Below are positions 31,545 to 42,239 of a stretch of DNA of 64,000 nt, piece after piece; the first letter of the stretch is position 1; every line of letters begins with the position of its first letter. Both the position numbers and the translations under genes were made by a program. Under the pieces are notes generated by a model, which did not search any database, was not told the DNA's origin, and saw nothing but the letters and a program-made list of their open reading frames with translations. Origin of the DNA: a virus; IMG/VR virus record IMGVR_UViG_3300022932_000014, positions 29,638 to 93,637 of that record; one strand, given 5' to 3'.

Positions 31545-32534
31545 ATGGCAAAATACACATTATTTGGAAAAGAGGTTACAAAAGAAGAATTTGACAGGGA
31601 AGTTTACAAAGGGATTGATGGGACTATAGTTTTAAATGACTCATTTTTCTTAGATGAGATTTTACATTCTCTTTTCCCGACAAAAGATGAAGAAGAGAGT
31701 AAATCAGTAAGAGGAGCGACTATTGATATGTCTGAGTTAAAAGAAAACGTATTTAAAAATTTAAAATTCAGAAATGAAAAACTTTCACAAGAAGAAAAAG
31801 ATAAAGTTAATCAATTAAGAAGCAGTATTACAGGGGTATTTTGTAATGAACCTTATGATTTTAAATTACCAGTTACTGGAGTAATAAATCACACAGGAGG
31901 AACAGTTTTTGAAAAAGTTCAGGATTCAACTATACCAAATAAAGATATTGACCCTTTTTATGTTGTTGATATAAAGAATATTTCTAAAGTAGATTTAAAG
32001 AGAAATGATTTGGATGAAATGCTCGACTATGTTTTTAGAGGTCAATATGAAGATAAACAAGACCCACTAGAAGCTTACAACGCTATAACGGGACATAGTA
32101 CAAGACATAAAAGTCAAGGAGTAAAGCAAGACGATTTAGGCAAGGGAATAAAAAATACTCCAAATCCAATAAACAAAGAAAAATTTCCAGAAAGGCTTGG
32201 TGGGCAAATAAAGAGAGGTAAAATATTTACTTACGATCCAGAAAACTTGGCAGGTAAAAAAGAAACAGAAGGAAAACTTCACTACGAATTATCTTGGGAA
32301 TTTATAGAAGAAATGGCTAAAAGAATGGCCAATAATAAATCTGATAAATACCCTTTATATAATTGGAAAAAACCTATTGATGTAGAAGATTTAAAAGACG
32401 CTATAAACAGACATCATATCGAAGTGATGAAAGGAAATTATAAAGACGGGGATGAGATATTAGGACATGTTGTATCATATGCTTGTAATGCTATGATGTT
32501 GTGGGAACAGTTAAGAAATAAAAATAGCAAATGA
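31545..32534 (+). CDS. Protein with C-terminal dATP/dGTP diphosphohydrolase (DUF5664-like) domain
   Basis: GKKETEGKLHYEL...KY..YNWKK...DAINRH...HV...ACNAMML. Confidence 0.7.
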   Translation: MAKYTLFGKEVTKEEFDREVYKGIDGTIVLNDSFFLDEILHSLFPTKDEEESKSVRGATIDMSELKENVFKNLKFRNEKLSQEEKDKVNQLRSSITGVFCNEPYDFKLPVTGVINHTGGTVFEKVQDSTIPNKDIDPFYVVDIKNISKVDLKRNDLDEMLDYVFRGQYEDKQDPLEAYNAITGHSTRHKSQGVKQDDLGKGIKNTPNPINKEKFPERLGGQIKRGKIFTYDPENLAGKKETEGKLHYELSWEFIEEMAKRMANNKSDKYPLYNWKKPIDVEDLKDAINRHHIEVMKGNYKDGDEILGHVVSYACNAMMLWEQLRNKNSK

Positions 32535-32977
32535 AAAAATTATATTTAAATGTCGTAACTCAGGTTGTAAATGAAGAGGGAGAAGAGCTACTTGAAAGAG
32601 CATCTGGTAAAAAATCTAAAGATGTAGGAGGATTAACACGTGAATGGTTTGAAGAACAAGGTTTAAAAGTGCCCAAAGACCTTGATGATGACATAGAAAG
32701 AGATGAAGATGGTGCAGTATTTCTAGATAAAAAACATTTAAGTTATGAATCCTTATCCGTTACTATACCTCTTAAAAATATAGACAGTTGGGTTGAAGAT
32801 TCTGAAATAGGGAGTATTGTTTACATGAAATCAGGTTTGTTCTACCACGTGTATGAAACAACAGAAGAAATTGACGACTATGTGAATTATGTTTGTCTTA
32901 CAAGAATACAAGAACTGTGGATAGATATTAAAATTTGGTTTGAAAATATTTTTTCGCGGAAAAAGAAAATAAATTAG
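32531..32977 (+). CDS. Hypothetical protein
   Basis: 148 aa, coupled to the upstream gene. Confidence 0.6.
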   Translation: MKKLYLNVVTQVVNEEGEELLERASGKKSKDVGGLTREWFEEQGLKVPKDLDDDIERDEDGAVFLDKKHLSYESLSVTIPLKNIDSWVEDSEIGSIVYMKSGLFYHVYETTEEIDDYVNYVCLTRIQELWIDIKIWFENIFSRKKKIN

Positions 32978-32997
32978 GATTTGTCAAATAGAATCAC

Positions 32998-33005
32998 TAT
33001 ATTTG
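32998..33005 (+). promoter_or_regulatory. -7 element TATATTTG upstream of SSB
   Basis: TAnnTTTG match. Confidence 0.55.
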
Positions 33006-33049
33006 TATACAATAAATTAATAAAAACAATTAAATAAAGTTAGGTAAAA

Positions 33050-33772
33050 ATGGCAATTGAAAAAAACTATTTGCAATTAGAATTCGGAAGCGGTCAATTC
33101 TTTGACTATTCAAAAGATGAAAAAGAAGGTTATGTAAAACACACTTCTTCAAAAGGAAATATCTCATACAGAAAATACTCAAAAGATGGAGTATCTGGTG
33201 TATTAGAATCAGTTTCAATTTATGAAGGAAAATTTGGGAATCAAATCTCTTTAAATATTAAAGATGGAGATAATGTCTATTATGTTCCAGTGGATGTAGC
33301 CGATCAAAAAGGTAATGTTGACACGTACGCGGAAAGTTTAATCAAGGTACTTCCAAAATTAAATAAAGGAGATAAAATCACAATCAGTGGTTATAATTTC
33401 ACGCCCGAAGGAGATAAGTATTCTAAAATTGGTATCTCTGTGAAAGTTAATGGGGAGAAGGTAAAAGGATTGACCAATGCTTATATAGATAAAGAAGGTA
33501 AATCTGTAGAAGGGGATATTCCTGGGCTTACTTGGAAAAAAGATGCTCTAGGTAAAAATAAACCAACAGCTGTTACTTTAGAAGCCAAAAATGACTATCT
33601 TTTAGGAGTGTTAAAAGCAGAAACAGACCGACTAAAGTGGGTTCAAGGCGAATCTGCACCATCTGCGGAACAACAAACACCAAAAACTGAAATTCCTAAA
33701 GCTACACCAACAGAAGCATTTGATCCAGCAACAAATATGAAAGAGGATGACTATGAAAATTTACCTTTTTAA
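33050..33772 (+). CDS. ssb: Single-stranded DNA-binding protein (putative)
   Basis: Beta-rich body, P/T/E linker and acidic tail ending DDYENLPF, as in SSB C-termini. Confidence 0.65.
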   Translation: MAIEKNYLQLEFGSGQFFDYSKDEKEGYVKHTSSKGNISYRKYSKDGVSGVLESVSIYEGKFGNQISLNIKDGDNVYYVPVDVADQKGNVDTYAESLIKVLPKLNKGDKITISGYNFTPEGDKYSKIGISVKVNGEKVKGLTNAYIDKEGKSVEGDIPGLTWKKDALGKNKPTAVTLEAKNDYLLGVLKAETDRLKWVQGESAPSAEQQTPKTEIPKATPTEAFDPATNMKEDDYENLPF

Positions 33773-33774
33773 AA

Positions 33775-34284
33775 ATGAGTCATAAAACATGTATATCATG
33801 TAATATTAGTAAACCATTCGAAGAGTACTATAAACACTCTTCGATGAGTTTTGGTGTAGATAGTAAATGTAAAGAATGCGTGAAAGCTCGTGCTAAATTA
33901 AGACATCATAACCTAACAGAAAATGATCCTGATTTTGTTGAGAATGAAAGAAAAAGACATCGAGAAAAATATGAAAGGCTCGGTTATAAAAATCAACAGT
34001 TAGAGTGGGATAAAGATAAACCTTGGAAGAAAACAGTAATATACAAGAACTTAAGTAGAAAGCTTAATTTAGATAAAGGTTTTGAAGCACACCACTGGAA
34101 TTATAATGACGAATATTTAGAAGACATTTTTGTTTTAGAGGCAAGACCGCATAAAAAATTACACACTTATCTAAGTTTAGATATAGAAAAAAGAATATTT
34201 TATCTTAAAGACGGTACATACTTAGATAGTAAAGAGAAACATAAAAATTTCATTGATAGCCTACAAATTAAAATACACAACTAA
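33775..34284 (+). CDS. HNH homing endonuclease with N-terminal Zn finger
   Basis: CISC...CKEC followed by EAHHWNY...PHKKLH. Confidence 0.75.
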   Translation: MSHKTCISCNISKPFEEYYKHSSMSFGVDSKCKECVKARAKLRHHNLTENDPDFVENERKRHREKYERLGYKNQQLEWDKDKPWKKTVIYKNLSRKLNLDKGFEAHHWNYNDEYLEDIFVLEARPHKKLHTYLSLDIEKRIFYLKDGTYLDSKEKHKNFIDSLQIKIHN

Positions 34285-34329
34285 AACAAACCCTCGTGAA
34301 ATATCGGGGGTTAATAAAAATAAAAAATA

Positions 34330-35011
34330 ATGAACGAAGAAAAAGAAGAATTAACGCAGTATAACTCAGGGTTCCGAGCTGATGAAAAAATAGAAATAAC
34401 CGGAGAGGAATTTGCAATTATGGCGGCATCAGTTGAGAGACTGTTTAATGAAAATGTAAAAATGGTTAGGCCTTTAAAATATCGCTATTGGCAAGGAGAT
34501 GACATCGTACTATCACCAAAACAAGAAGACATTGATTCTGGAAAAGTAACTAAAGTTTTTGATCCTGTAGCTTTTATGGCGGCCAATAATTTAGTTGAAG
34601 CTTATGTTGGAGACCCTACAGCAATTGTAATGAAAGCATTAGAAAACAGATTTATTATTCATGATCGTGGAATCGACGCAGGTAAAGCAGTTCATATGAA
34701 CACGCTTATTGCTGAAATGGAAGAAGCTCAGAAATCAAAATTAGAAGTTGTACCGAATGAATAGAAGCCAATTTCAAGCCGAATATTTAAAGCAAGAAAT
34801 AGTCAATACCAAGAAAAAGCTAGGATCGAAATGTACCTTTCTAGCTTTTGAAACGGTTAAAGACAAACTGTTTTTCAAAGCTAAAATGGGCAAAGACAGA
34901 GTTAGGATACAGATTAATTGCAAATTAGAAGATATTGGAGTAAATGAATTCAATGATTTATTTCAAATACTAAATACCAAAAGTTATGACACAAATGAAA
35001 TCGACGTATAA
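34330..35011 (+). other. Two hypothetical CDSs (34330-34764, 34748-35011)
   Basis: 144 and 87 aa. Confidence 0.6.
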
Positions 35012-35130
35012 TATGTTTCTAGAGAACGGTGACATTTATGAAATGAATCCTGAAGCAACTGGAAACTATTCAGAAGACATCAAATGGTTTAGAGACCTTT
35101 ATGAAAATACAATTAAAAACGTTGAAGTAA

Positions 35131-35370
35131 ATGGACAAGAAGAAATATAGAGTTTTTGGAGATCTTATTTTAGTTGAAAAAGTTATGCATAAAGAAACAG
35201 TTATGGATAAAATAGGTGTTTTCAAAAATAGAGTTAAGGTGGTTGCCATTGGAGAAGGACTTACAGAGACACCTATAAAAGTTGATGATGTTTTAGTTGT
35301 TGGCGGACTAATGGAAAGAGACGGAGAAGTATATATAGCAGAATCACAAATATTAAGGTGGGAATTATAA
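35131..35370 (+). CDS. groES: GroES-like co-chaperonin with short mobile loop
   Basis: RVFGDLILVEK, VKVVAIGEG, PIKVDDVLV and DGEVYIAESQIL align by eye with GroES RPLHDRVIVKR, GEVLAVGNG, DVKVGDIVI and EEVLIMSESDIL. Confidence 0.7.
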   Translation: MDKKKYRVFGDLILVEKVMHKETVMDKIGVFKNRVKVVAIGEGLTETPIKVDDVLVVGGLMERDGEVYIAESQILRWEL

Positions 35371-35475
35371 AAAACATAAACATGAAAGAAATTATTACAT
35401 TAAGACAGATTTTAAAGGCTAGATTTCCTAAGGGATCTAGATTATTTAGTAAAAAGAATTCTAACTCAGTAAAAA

Positions 35476-36210
35476 GTGAACGAAATAATAAATAAGTATA
35501 GATGGCCAGCATTAGGTATAGTACTGGTTTTGATTTTTTTCGGCGTAAAAAGTTGTGTAAATAATCAACAGAAATTCCAGGCGGGCAAAAATGACGCTTT
35601 GAAAGATCAAGTAGAGAAATTAAAAGATGGTGTAAAAACTATTGATAAGACTCTGCAAATTTTAAGAGATTCTATTAAGGCCGAAGACATAAGAAAACAA
35701 AAACAAATTAATGAGTTTCAGCAAAAAGCTAAAGACAGTGAGAAAAAAGTTATAGCTTTACAGGAATCAAATAAAAAACAGAAAGAATTAATTAGAAATA
35801 AAAATTTAGTTGAAGTGGCCGAAGCTCTAAATGAAAATTACAATTCTAAAGATGCTGTAGCTACAGCTAATTCTGTTGATGTTAAACCTCCAATGACTTA
35901 TCAAATTCTTGAAACAATTGCTGACGCTAATACGGCGCAAGACATCATAAAAGAAAAAGATGTACAGCTTTCTTCTAAAGACAGTGTTGTTAATTTGAAA
36001 GACGAACAACTTAGAGACAAAGATATTAGTTTAAAAGCTACGGAGAAAAGTTTAGATTCATATAAAGAATTAAATGTTTTGCAAACAAATCTAAATAACG
36101 GGTTAGAAAAAGAAAACAGTAAATTAAAAACTAAAAGTTGGCTAGAAAAAGCTTTAATTCCTGTGAGTGTTGGAGTTGGGTTTTGGCTAGGAACAAAAAT
36201 AGGAAATTAA
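35476..36210 (+). CDS. Membrane-anchored coiled-coil protein (spanin-like or unknown)
   Basis: 244 aa, N- and C-terminal hydrophobic segments joined by a long coiled coil. Confidence 0.45.
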   Translation: MNEIINKYRWPALGIVLVLIFFGVKSCVNNQQKFQAGKNDALKDQVEKLKDGVKTIDKTLQILRDSIKAEDIRKQKQINEFQQKAKDSEKKVIALQESNKKQKELIRNKNLVEVAEALNENYNSKDAVATANSVDVKPPMTYQILETIADANTAQDIIKEKDVQLSSKDSVVNLKDEQLRDKDISLKATEKSLDSYKELNVLQTNLNNGLEKENSKLKTKSWLEKALIPVSVGVGFWLGTKIGN

Positions 36211-37416
36211 ATGATAGAACAAGTAAAACAGTTTGTAGTAGAACAATTGCATAATAATGAATTTTTCAAAGGTGGCGCTGCTATAGCTGTTTTATCAGCA
36301 TTAGGTTTTTGGCTTAAATCTTTTTTCCCGTGGATTTGGGGGAGAATTAAAAGGCAGTTTTCTTATACAATGCGTATTGAATCTAAGACAGATATTTATT
36401 TTATATTCAATTGGTGGTTACAGAAAAATCATTCTGACAAATATAAAAAAGTTTTGATAAGTGTTGAGTGCGAAAATAAGTATAAAGAAGATGAAGTCAA
36501 AGAATACAAACTAAAAGAAAATAATTTTGAATCTGCTTTTTATTTTTGGCAAAATAGAACTCCAGTGTTTCTAGAATCAACCAGAGAAAAATTAGACGGG
36601 GCACATTATGTAGATGGAGCGCATATTGACAGTTATACTTTAACAACTTATTTTAATAAACAAACTTTAAAAAATCTTATAACTGAAGTAGTTGCTGAAT
36701 ATAATTTAACTCTAAAAGAAAAAACTACAAGTCATTTAATGCAATACCACAACTTCGACGGATGGCGGAAAGTTAATAATCTTGGCGGAAAAACATTTGA
36801 AAAAATATTTAACTCTGAAAAAAATGAGCTACTAGAAGACCTCCAACAGTTCTTTTCTTCAAAAGCTTTATATGCGCACAGAGGTACTACTTTTAAAAGA
36901 GGTTATTTATGTGAAGGGTCACCAGGAAATGGTAAGACAAGTACAATAATTGCTTTAGCTCAATACCTAAAAAAGGATGTATATTCTTTAAACTTAACTT
37001 CTCTTACTGATGGAACCCAATTAAGACTAGCGTTTCAAGGAGTAAAAGAAAACAGTTTTATTCTTGTCGAAGATGCTGATTGTATGGTGAATGGCAGAGA
37101 AAAAATAAATGACAAGATAAATTTCAGCGAACTGCTTAATGTAGTTGATGGCATTTCCAGTCAAGAAGGTATTTGTATTTTCTTTACAACTAATCATCCA
37201 GAAAATTTAGATCCTGCTTTAATAAGATGTGGCCGTGTAGATAAGCGAGTTAATTTTGGAAATCCTAAAAAAGAAGATGTTGAAGGAATGTTAGAATTGT
37301 TTTTCGGCGAAAAGAAAGAACTAGAAAATTACAATGAAACTCACTCTGCGGCACAATTACAAGAGTTTTTTATAAAATCAAATACAATAGAGGAAGCAAT
37401 TAATAAAATACTTTAG
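36211..37416 (+). CDS. BCS1-like membrane-anchored AAA+ ATPase
   Basis: N-terminal TM, RGYLCEGSPGNGKTS, ILVEDAD, FSELLNVVDG, TTNHPENLDPALIRCGRVD. Confidence 0.85.
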   Translation: MIEQVKQFVVEQLHNNEFFKGGAAIAVLSALGFWLKSFFPWIWGRIKRQFSYTMRIESKTDIYFIFNWWLQKNHSDKYKKVLISVECENKYKEDEVKEYKLKENNFESAFYFWQNRTPVFLESTREKLDGAHYVDGAHIDSYTLTTYFNKQTLKNLITEVVAEYNLTLKEKTTSHLMQYHNFDGWRKVNNLGGKTFEKIFNSEKNELLEDLQQFFSSKALYAHRGTTFKRGYLCEGSPGNGKTSTIIALAQYLKKDVYSLNLTSLTDGTQLRLAFQGVKENSFILVEDADCMVNGREKINDKINFSELLNVVDGISSQEGICIFFTTNHPENLDPALIRCGRVDKRVNFGNPKKEDVEGMLELFFGEKKELENYNETHSAAQLQEFFIKSNTIEEAINKIL

Positions 37417-37418
37417 AA

Positions 37419-37943
37419 TTGATAGAAGATACTAGACTAAAAAGATTAGAAAACAATTTAAACTCAATAGAAGAGGTCTCTACAATAAGTAGATTACAAG
37501 ATGTTAATACTGATTTAATTTTATCTTTATTAGGACAAAAATTAGGATCAGGTGTTTATAGATCAGTTTATAATTATAACTTAGATGATAAATATGTTAT
37601 AAAAATTGAACCAAATGCAACAGATTCTAACATAAGTGAGTATTTATTGTGGGACGAAATAAGAGGATTATGCGGTGATTTAGAGTGGGTTAAAGAGTGG
37701 TTTGCACCTGTAAAATGGATGTCTCCGAATGGTAAAATACTTGTAATGGAGAAAACTTTTGAATACCCAAAGAATAAAAAACTAGAAAGACCAATAGAAG
37801 TTCCAGTATTTTTTACAGATTTAAAAAGAGATAACTGGGGCTGGATTGGAAATAAATTTGTTTGCCATGACTACGGATTTCTTTGGAAGTTTATAAAATA
37901 TGAAAAGAAAATGCAAAAAATTAAAAAAGACTGTTTTTGGTAA
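37419..37943 (+). CDS. Minimal protein-kinase-like protein
   Basis: LGSGVYRSVY (Gly loop), VIK (Lys), SE (helix C Glu), DLKRDN (catalytic loop), DYG (DFG equivalent). Confidence 0.7.
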   Translation: MIEDTRLKRLENNLNSIEEVSTISRLQDVNTDLILSLLGQKLGSGVYRSVYNYNLDDKYVIKIEPNATDSNISEYLLWDEIRGLCGDLEWVKEWFAPVKWMSPNGKILVMEKTFEYPKNKKLERPIEVPVFFTDLKRDNWGWIGNKFVCHDYGFLWKFIKYEKKMQKIKKDCFW

Positions 37944-38272
37944 TGAAGAAAAATACAATAGAAATCCCAATATACTGTGCTAAACTTACAATGATATTAG
38001 ATGAAGATTTATCTTTCATGGAGACTAAGTTTAAAAGCAGGTCTTTAAAAAATTATGGTTCGGCGGTAGATAAAGACAAGAAAGAGTATCGACACTATTA
38101 TGTAGCTTTTACAGATCCTGAACACCTGAGTAATATTGCTCATGAAATAATACATATTAAAAATCTAATTTATTCTGATTGTGCTATGAAATTAAGCACT
38201 AAGTACGATGAGCATGAGGCTTATTTAGTTGGGTGGCTGTTTGATGAAATAATAAGCTTTTTAAGGGACTAA
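37937..38272 (+). CDS. Small HExxH zinc-metallopeptidase-like protein
   Basis: IAHEIIH...DEHEAYL. Confidence 0.65.
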   Translation: MVMKKNTIEIPIYCAKLTMILDEDLSFMETKFKSRSLKNYGSAVDKDKKEYRHYYVAFTDPEHLSNIAHEIIHIKNLIYSDCAMKLSTKYDEHEAYLVGWLFDEIISFLRD

Positions 38273-38333
38273 AATTAGCAAAGTATACACAAGTATCAAA
38301 AACAAATAATAATTAATTAAAACGCTTAAAACT

Positions 38334-38364
38334 AACCTCATTATTAATTTACTGAGGTTTTTTA
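38334..38364 (+). terminator. Intrinsic terminator
   Basis: AACCTCA and TGAGGTT form a stem, followed by a T-run. Confidence 0.75.
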
Positions 38365-38414
38365 TTATATGAATTTTTATTTCGCGAAAAAAAGAAAAAT
38401 AAATAAGAAAACAT

Positions 38415-38445
38415 TTTGTCAATTCAAAAATAAGTATTAAATTTG
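38415..38445 (+). promoter_or_regulatory. Promoter TTTG-N19-TAAATTTG
   Basis: Consensus spacing, before ATG 38465. Confidence 0.7.
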
Positions 38446-38464
38446 CTTAAATAAAATTATAAAT

Positions 38465-38776
38465 ATGAAAGAAAAATGGGAGATAGTAGAACATAGTTGG
38501 TCAGACACTTCAATCTACAATCAAGACGGCAGACTAATCTGTACAAAATCAATTGATGATGGAGATACAACTGAGGAAAACCAAGATGAAAGAGAAGAAG
38601 AGGTTTCTAGAGATTTTAATTTAATTGTTTTGGCTTCTCAAATGAAATATTGTTTAGATAAATTGTATAATCAAGGAAAATTTCATTCTGAAGACTTTAA
38701 GACAGTTGCTGATCTATTAGGTTTAGAAAATAATAAAGGCATTACAATTAATGACCTATATAAAGGAAATAAATAA
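38465..38776 (+). CDS. Hypothetical protein
   Basis: 103 aa after the promoter. Confidence 0.6.
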   Translation: MKEKWEIVEHSWSDTSIYNQDGRLICTKSIDDGDTTEENQDEREEEVSRDFNLIVLASQMKYCLDKLYNQGKFHSEDFKTVADLLGLENNKGITINDLYKGNK

Positions 38777-38951
38777 TATGATAGAAAGCAAACAAAGAAA
38801 AAACGGAATGTATTATTTTGTAGTAAAAGCACAAAATGGCCAAATAGTAGTTTACAGTGAAGACTATAGCTCAGAAGCTGGCAGAGATAATGCAATAGCT
38901 TCTCTTAAAAAGATTATGCAAGGAATTATTTTCGCAGAATTAAAAAACTAA
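38777..38951 (+). CDS. YegP/DUF1508-family protein
   Basis: KNGMYYFVVKAQNGQIVVYSEDYSSEAGRDNAIASLK. ATG 38777 is preferred over 38751. Confidence 0.8.
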
Positions 38952-38956
38952 AAACA

Positions 38957-41510
38957 ATGTTTAACAATACAATAGTAGACAGAAGAACTACAATGCAAGA
39001 GGTAAATAATCACTCTGAAACAAATGTAGAAGCTTCAGGCGTAATGGCTCAGACAAATACAGAAACAAAATTTATTTCTTTAAATGTAAAAAGTGAAAGT
39101 TATAAAACTGTTTTCTCATCCAATCCTTATTACACTGAAAAAGTTCAGGATGATTATAAATATTATGATAATACTAGAGGGTATGAAGAGACAACTACTA
39201 AAGTTTTTGTAAAAGTAAAACAAGTTATGATGGTGGGTTCAATTTTCACTCTTGAAGTAGAAGAAGTATCTAAAGAAGAGAGTAAAGATACTTCGTGTGG
39301 ATACGAGTATAAAAATAAATACTATAAAACACCGACAATTGTTTAATTTTTCGCGAAAAAAGAATAAAAAGCAAGTAAATGAGAAAAATAGAAAACTTAA
39401 ACCTAATAATAAGCTGCTTACTATGTACTATATTTAGACAACAAATATTTTACAAATATGATTTCAATTTAGTAAGAGCCAGTTTTAAAAGAAAAAGAAA
39501 TATATGAAATTAAAAAACGAAAATTTAGAATCAGTAGCAACAGACGATTTTTACTATGATTTATTTATAGGAGGTTATTTTAAACCAGAGAAATTCTTGG
39601 ATGCAGAATCCGCGGAAAAAGTTAAACAAGCAATAAAAACTATTAACCAATATGAACAGTTACTAATAGATAACGATTTAATAGAATGGACGAAATAGTA
39701 GAATACATATTACAAAAAACTAATATAGATGAAAGAGGAAATTTATTAGCCTATAAAATACTTTGTAATCTGGCTGTAGATTTAACTTTGAAAGGGGATT
39801 CCCAAGAGGAAATTATAGAATACTTAAAAACATTAATGATTGATTTAGATCAAAGAAAGTTATGCAAATAGAAGAAAATATAGTATACTACACAGAAGAT
39901 GGTTTTCAAATTCCGCCGAAAAAAGATTTAACAAAAGAGTTAATAACCGAAATGAAACAAGCAATAGAATGGTATATGGATAATACAACAGTAATGAATC
40001 CCTCAAGAAGCTACCAAGAAACATTTCACGATTTAGGTATGAATTTAAGAATGAGAGCGGAGGATATTTTAAATAAATAATTATGGAAGGGATAGGAAAA
40101 GGATTAGGTGAAGTTATGATAATGATGTGTATAATTACTCTAGGTGTATTTTGGGGAGGATGTGAGTTAATAGATTGGCTATTTATCGATGATACAATTA
40201 AAACAAAAACATTAATAGTTCCTGAAATCGAAATAACGGTAAAAGAGAATGTTATCGACACGTTATATATTTATAGAAAACCAATAGACTAAATCGGCGG
40301 AAAAAAAATGAAAACAAAGAAACAGTTTACAACAGAACAACTAGAAAAAATATACAATGAAAATTGGTATAGAGCTGGAGGAGAATGTATTTGTGAAGTT
40401 TGCGGAAAAGAATATAAAAGACATGAAGATATTGCCTGGGACGAATTCTTTTATCTAACTGTTTTGTGTAATGGAGAATTAGTAAAGTTATGAGACATAA
40501 GTGGACAGGTAAATTGAAGAACGGTGCTGTAGCATGTATACATTGCCATTGTATTAAAGAAATGGTAAAAGGTCAGCCCACTTATTTTATAAATGATAGT
40601 GTTTATTTAAAAGCACCAAAATGCCACAGAAATAAATGGAATTAAAATTAAGTTGCTCATCCTGTAAACACGCCAAAATAAAATTACCTTGGGTTGTTAA
40701 TGACAAAAATGGTAAATATCTTTATACGGATAGCAACAATAGAAGTTCAGAAAATACAATTTTTATATGTTCTTTATATCCTAAAGAAAAAGAGGTACAT
40801 AGAAAAGATATTTGCGATCATCATAAATTACATTCTACTTTTAGATCAGAGAAAATAGAATATTGTCCAGAGTGTAATGGTGAAACATATTCAAAAGATT
40901 GGTATTGTTCCAGATGCTGGTGTGACAGAGATGATAGTGAATTGTTTAATTAATCGCGGGAAAAAGAAATGAAAACAGAAGAAATTTTAGAAAGAGTAAT
41001 ACATCTAATAAACCCAAACTTAGATATAACAGTTAATAAACTAAAAGGGAATGAAATTGATCACTTCATTGAGCATCTAACACAAGACCTGTATAGATCA
41101 TTAAAACATTGGGAATTTAAAACTCTGGAAAATAAAAAATGAAAGAAAAATATAAAAACAGCACATGCACAAACCTACCTAAAATATTAGATGAGTTTGA
41201 AAAACTAAAAGGCCAGTTTGTAATAACTGATAGTTGGAAAATAGAAAGACTTGTAGGTATAGGAACAGATGAAGATGATTGGTATTACTTAACTTATAAT
41301 GGCCGAAAGCTAACTTGGAATACTTGCGTAGGAAGATTAATGGTACTCAAAGGAAAGCTTGATGACAGAGATTATAACGAACTTATAAGACTTGCCAAGT
41401 TAAATCATTATGACCAGTTTGATGAAATGAGAGAGTCGGTTATTGAAGAGTTAAGAATAGTTAATGGTAAAGATGATATTGTTATGGAACTTTATATGGA
41501 GTTGAATTAA
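38957..41510 (+). other. Array of small hypothetical CDSs (38957-39346, 39504-39698, 39686-39871, 39862-40080, 40083-40292, 40308-40493, 40636-40953, 41139-41510)
   Basis: Co-oriented ORFs of 61-129 aa. Two are Cys-rich and one has a TM. Confidence 0.6.
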
Positions 41511-41608
41511 AAACAGCATCATTTACAAACAAGTATATAAGACAGCCTTAAAAATTACACCCCCTATATAGCCATATAAAAATAATGATTGTCAGAAAGA
41601 CCCCCACC

Positions 41609-41911
41609 TTAAAGTTTCAATTTGGTTTGAGATTTTGATAGTGGGGATTTTTTATGTTTTGGAATTTCTTGGTGGGATAAAATAAATTTATTGTATACGC
41701 GTATTACTGAGATTAGACCTAGGTTATACCCTTCCCAAAAATAAACCCGTTTCTCCCTGGCGCCCATCATTCTATACAATTTCGATTCAAGTTTCTTAAA
41801 AGGCCTAATTTTACGTTTCACTTTTTCAAGTTTTTTCTTTGTGTTTTTAGCCTTAGAACTATTCTTATATTTCTTATTTACACTTGTTTCTATAGAATAT
41901 TTATTTTGCAA
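41609..41911 (-). CDS. Possible highly basic small protein (lone minus-strand ORF)
   Basis: 100 aa, K/R-rich, TTG start. A CCCCAC/GTGGGG inverted repeat sits at its 3' end. Confidence 0.3.
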   Translation of the reverse strand: MQNKYSIETSVNKKYKNSSKAKNTKKKLEKVKRKIRPFKKLESKLYRMMGAREKRVYFWEGYNLGLISVIRVYNKFILSHQEIPKHKKSPLSKSQTKLKL

Positions 41912-42239
41912 CTTTCTTTGTCTGTCTTTATTCTATATAATAATATGTGTTTTTGATTTTCAATTTAATTGCGATTTTCTTTTTCCGCGAAATCTGTTCA
42001 CTATTCTTTGTTGTTCAGTTTAAATGAACGCTATAATATAATGAACACGCACGCGTATACGAAATTCTTTTTTAATATCCTAGTGATTTTTATTTTTTAT
42101 TCAATTATTTTCGGCGCATCTTTGTACTGTCGCTAAGGAATACTATTCTAATCGACACAAAAAAGTTCTTATACGTAAAAGATTTTTAATAAACAAATTT
42201 ATTTTTAATTATTTTTGTTTTATCTTTACAAAAGAATTA

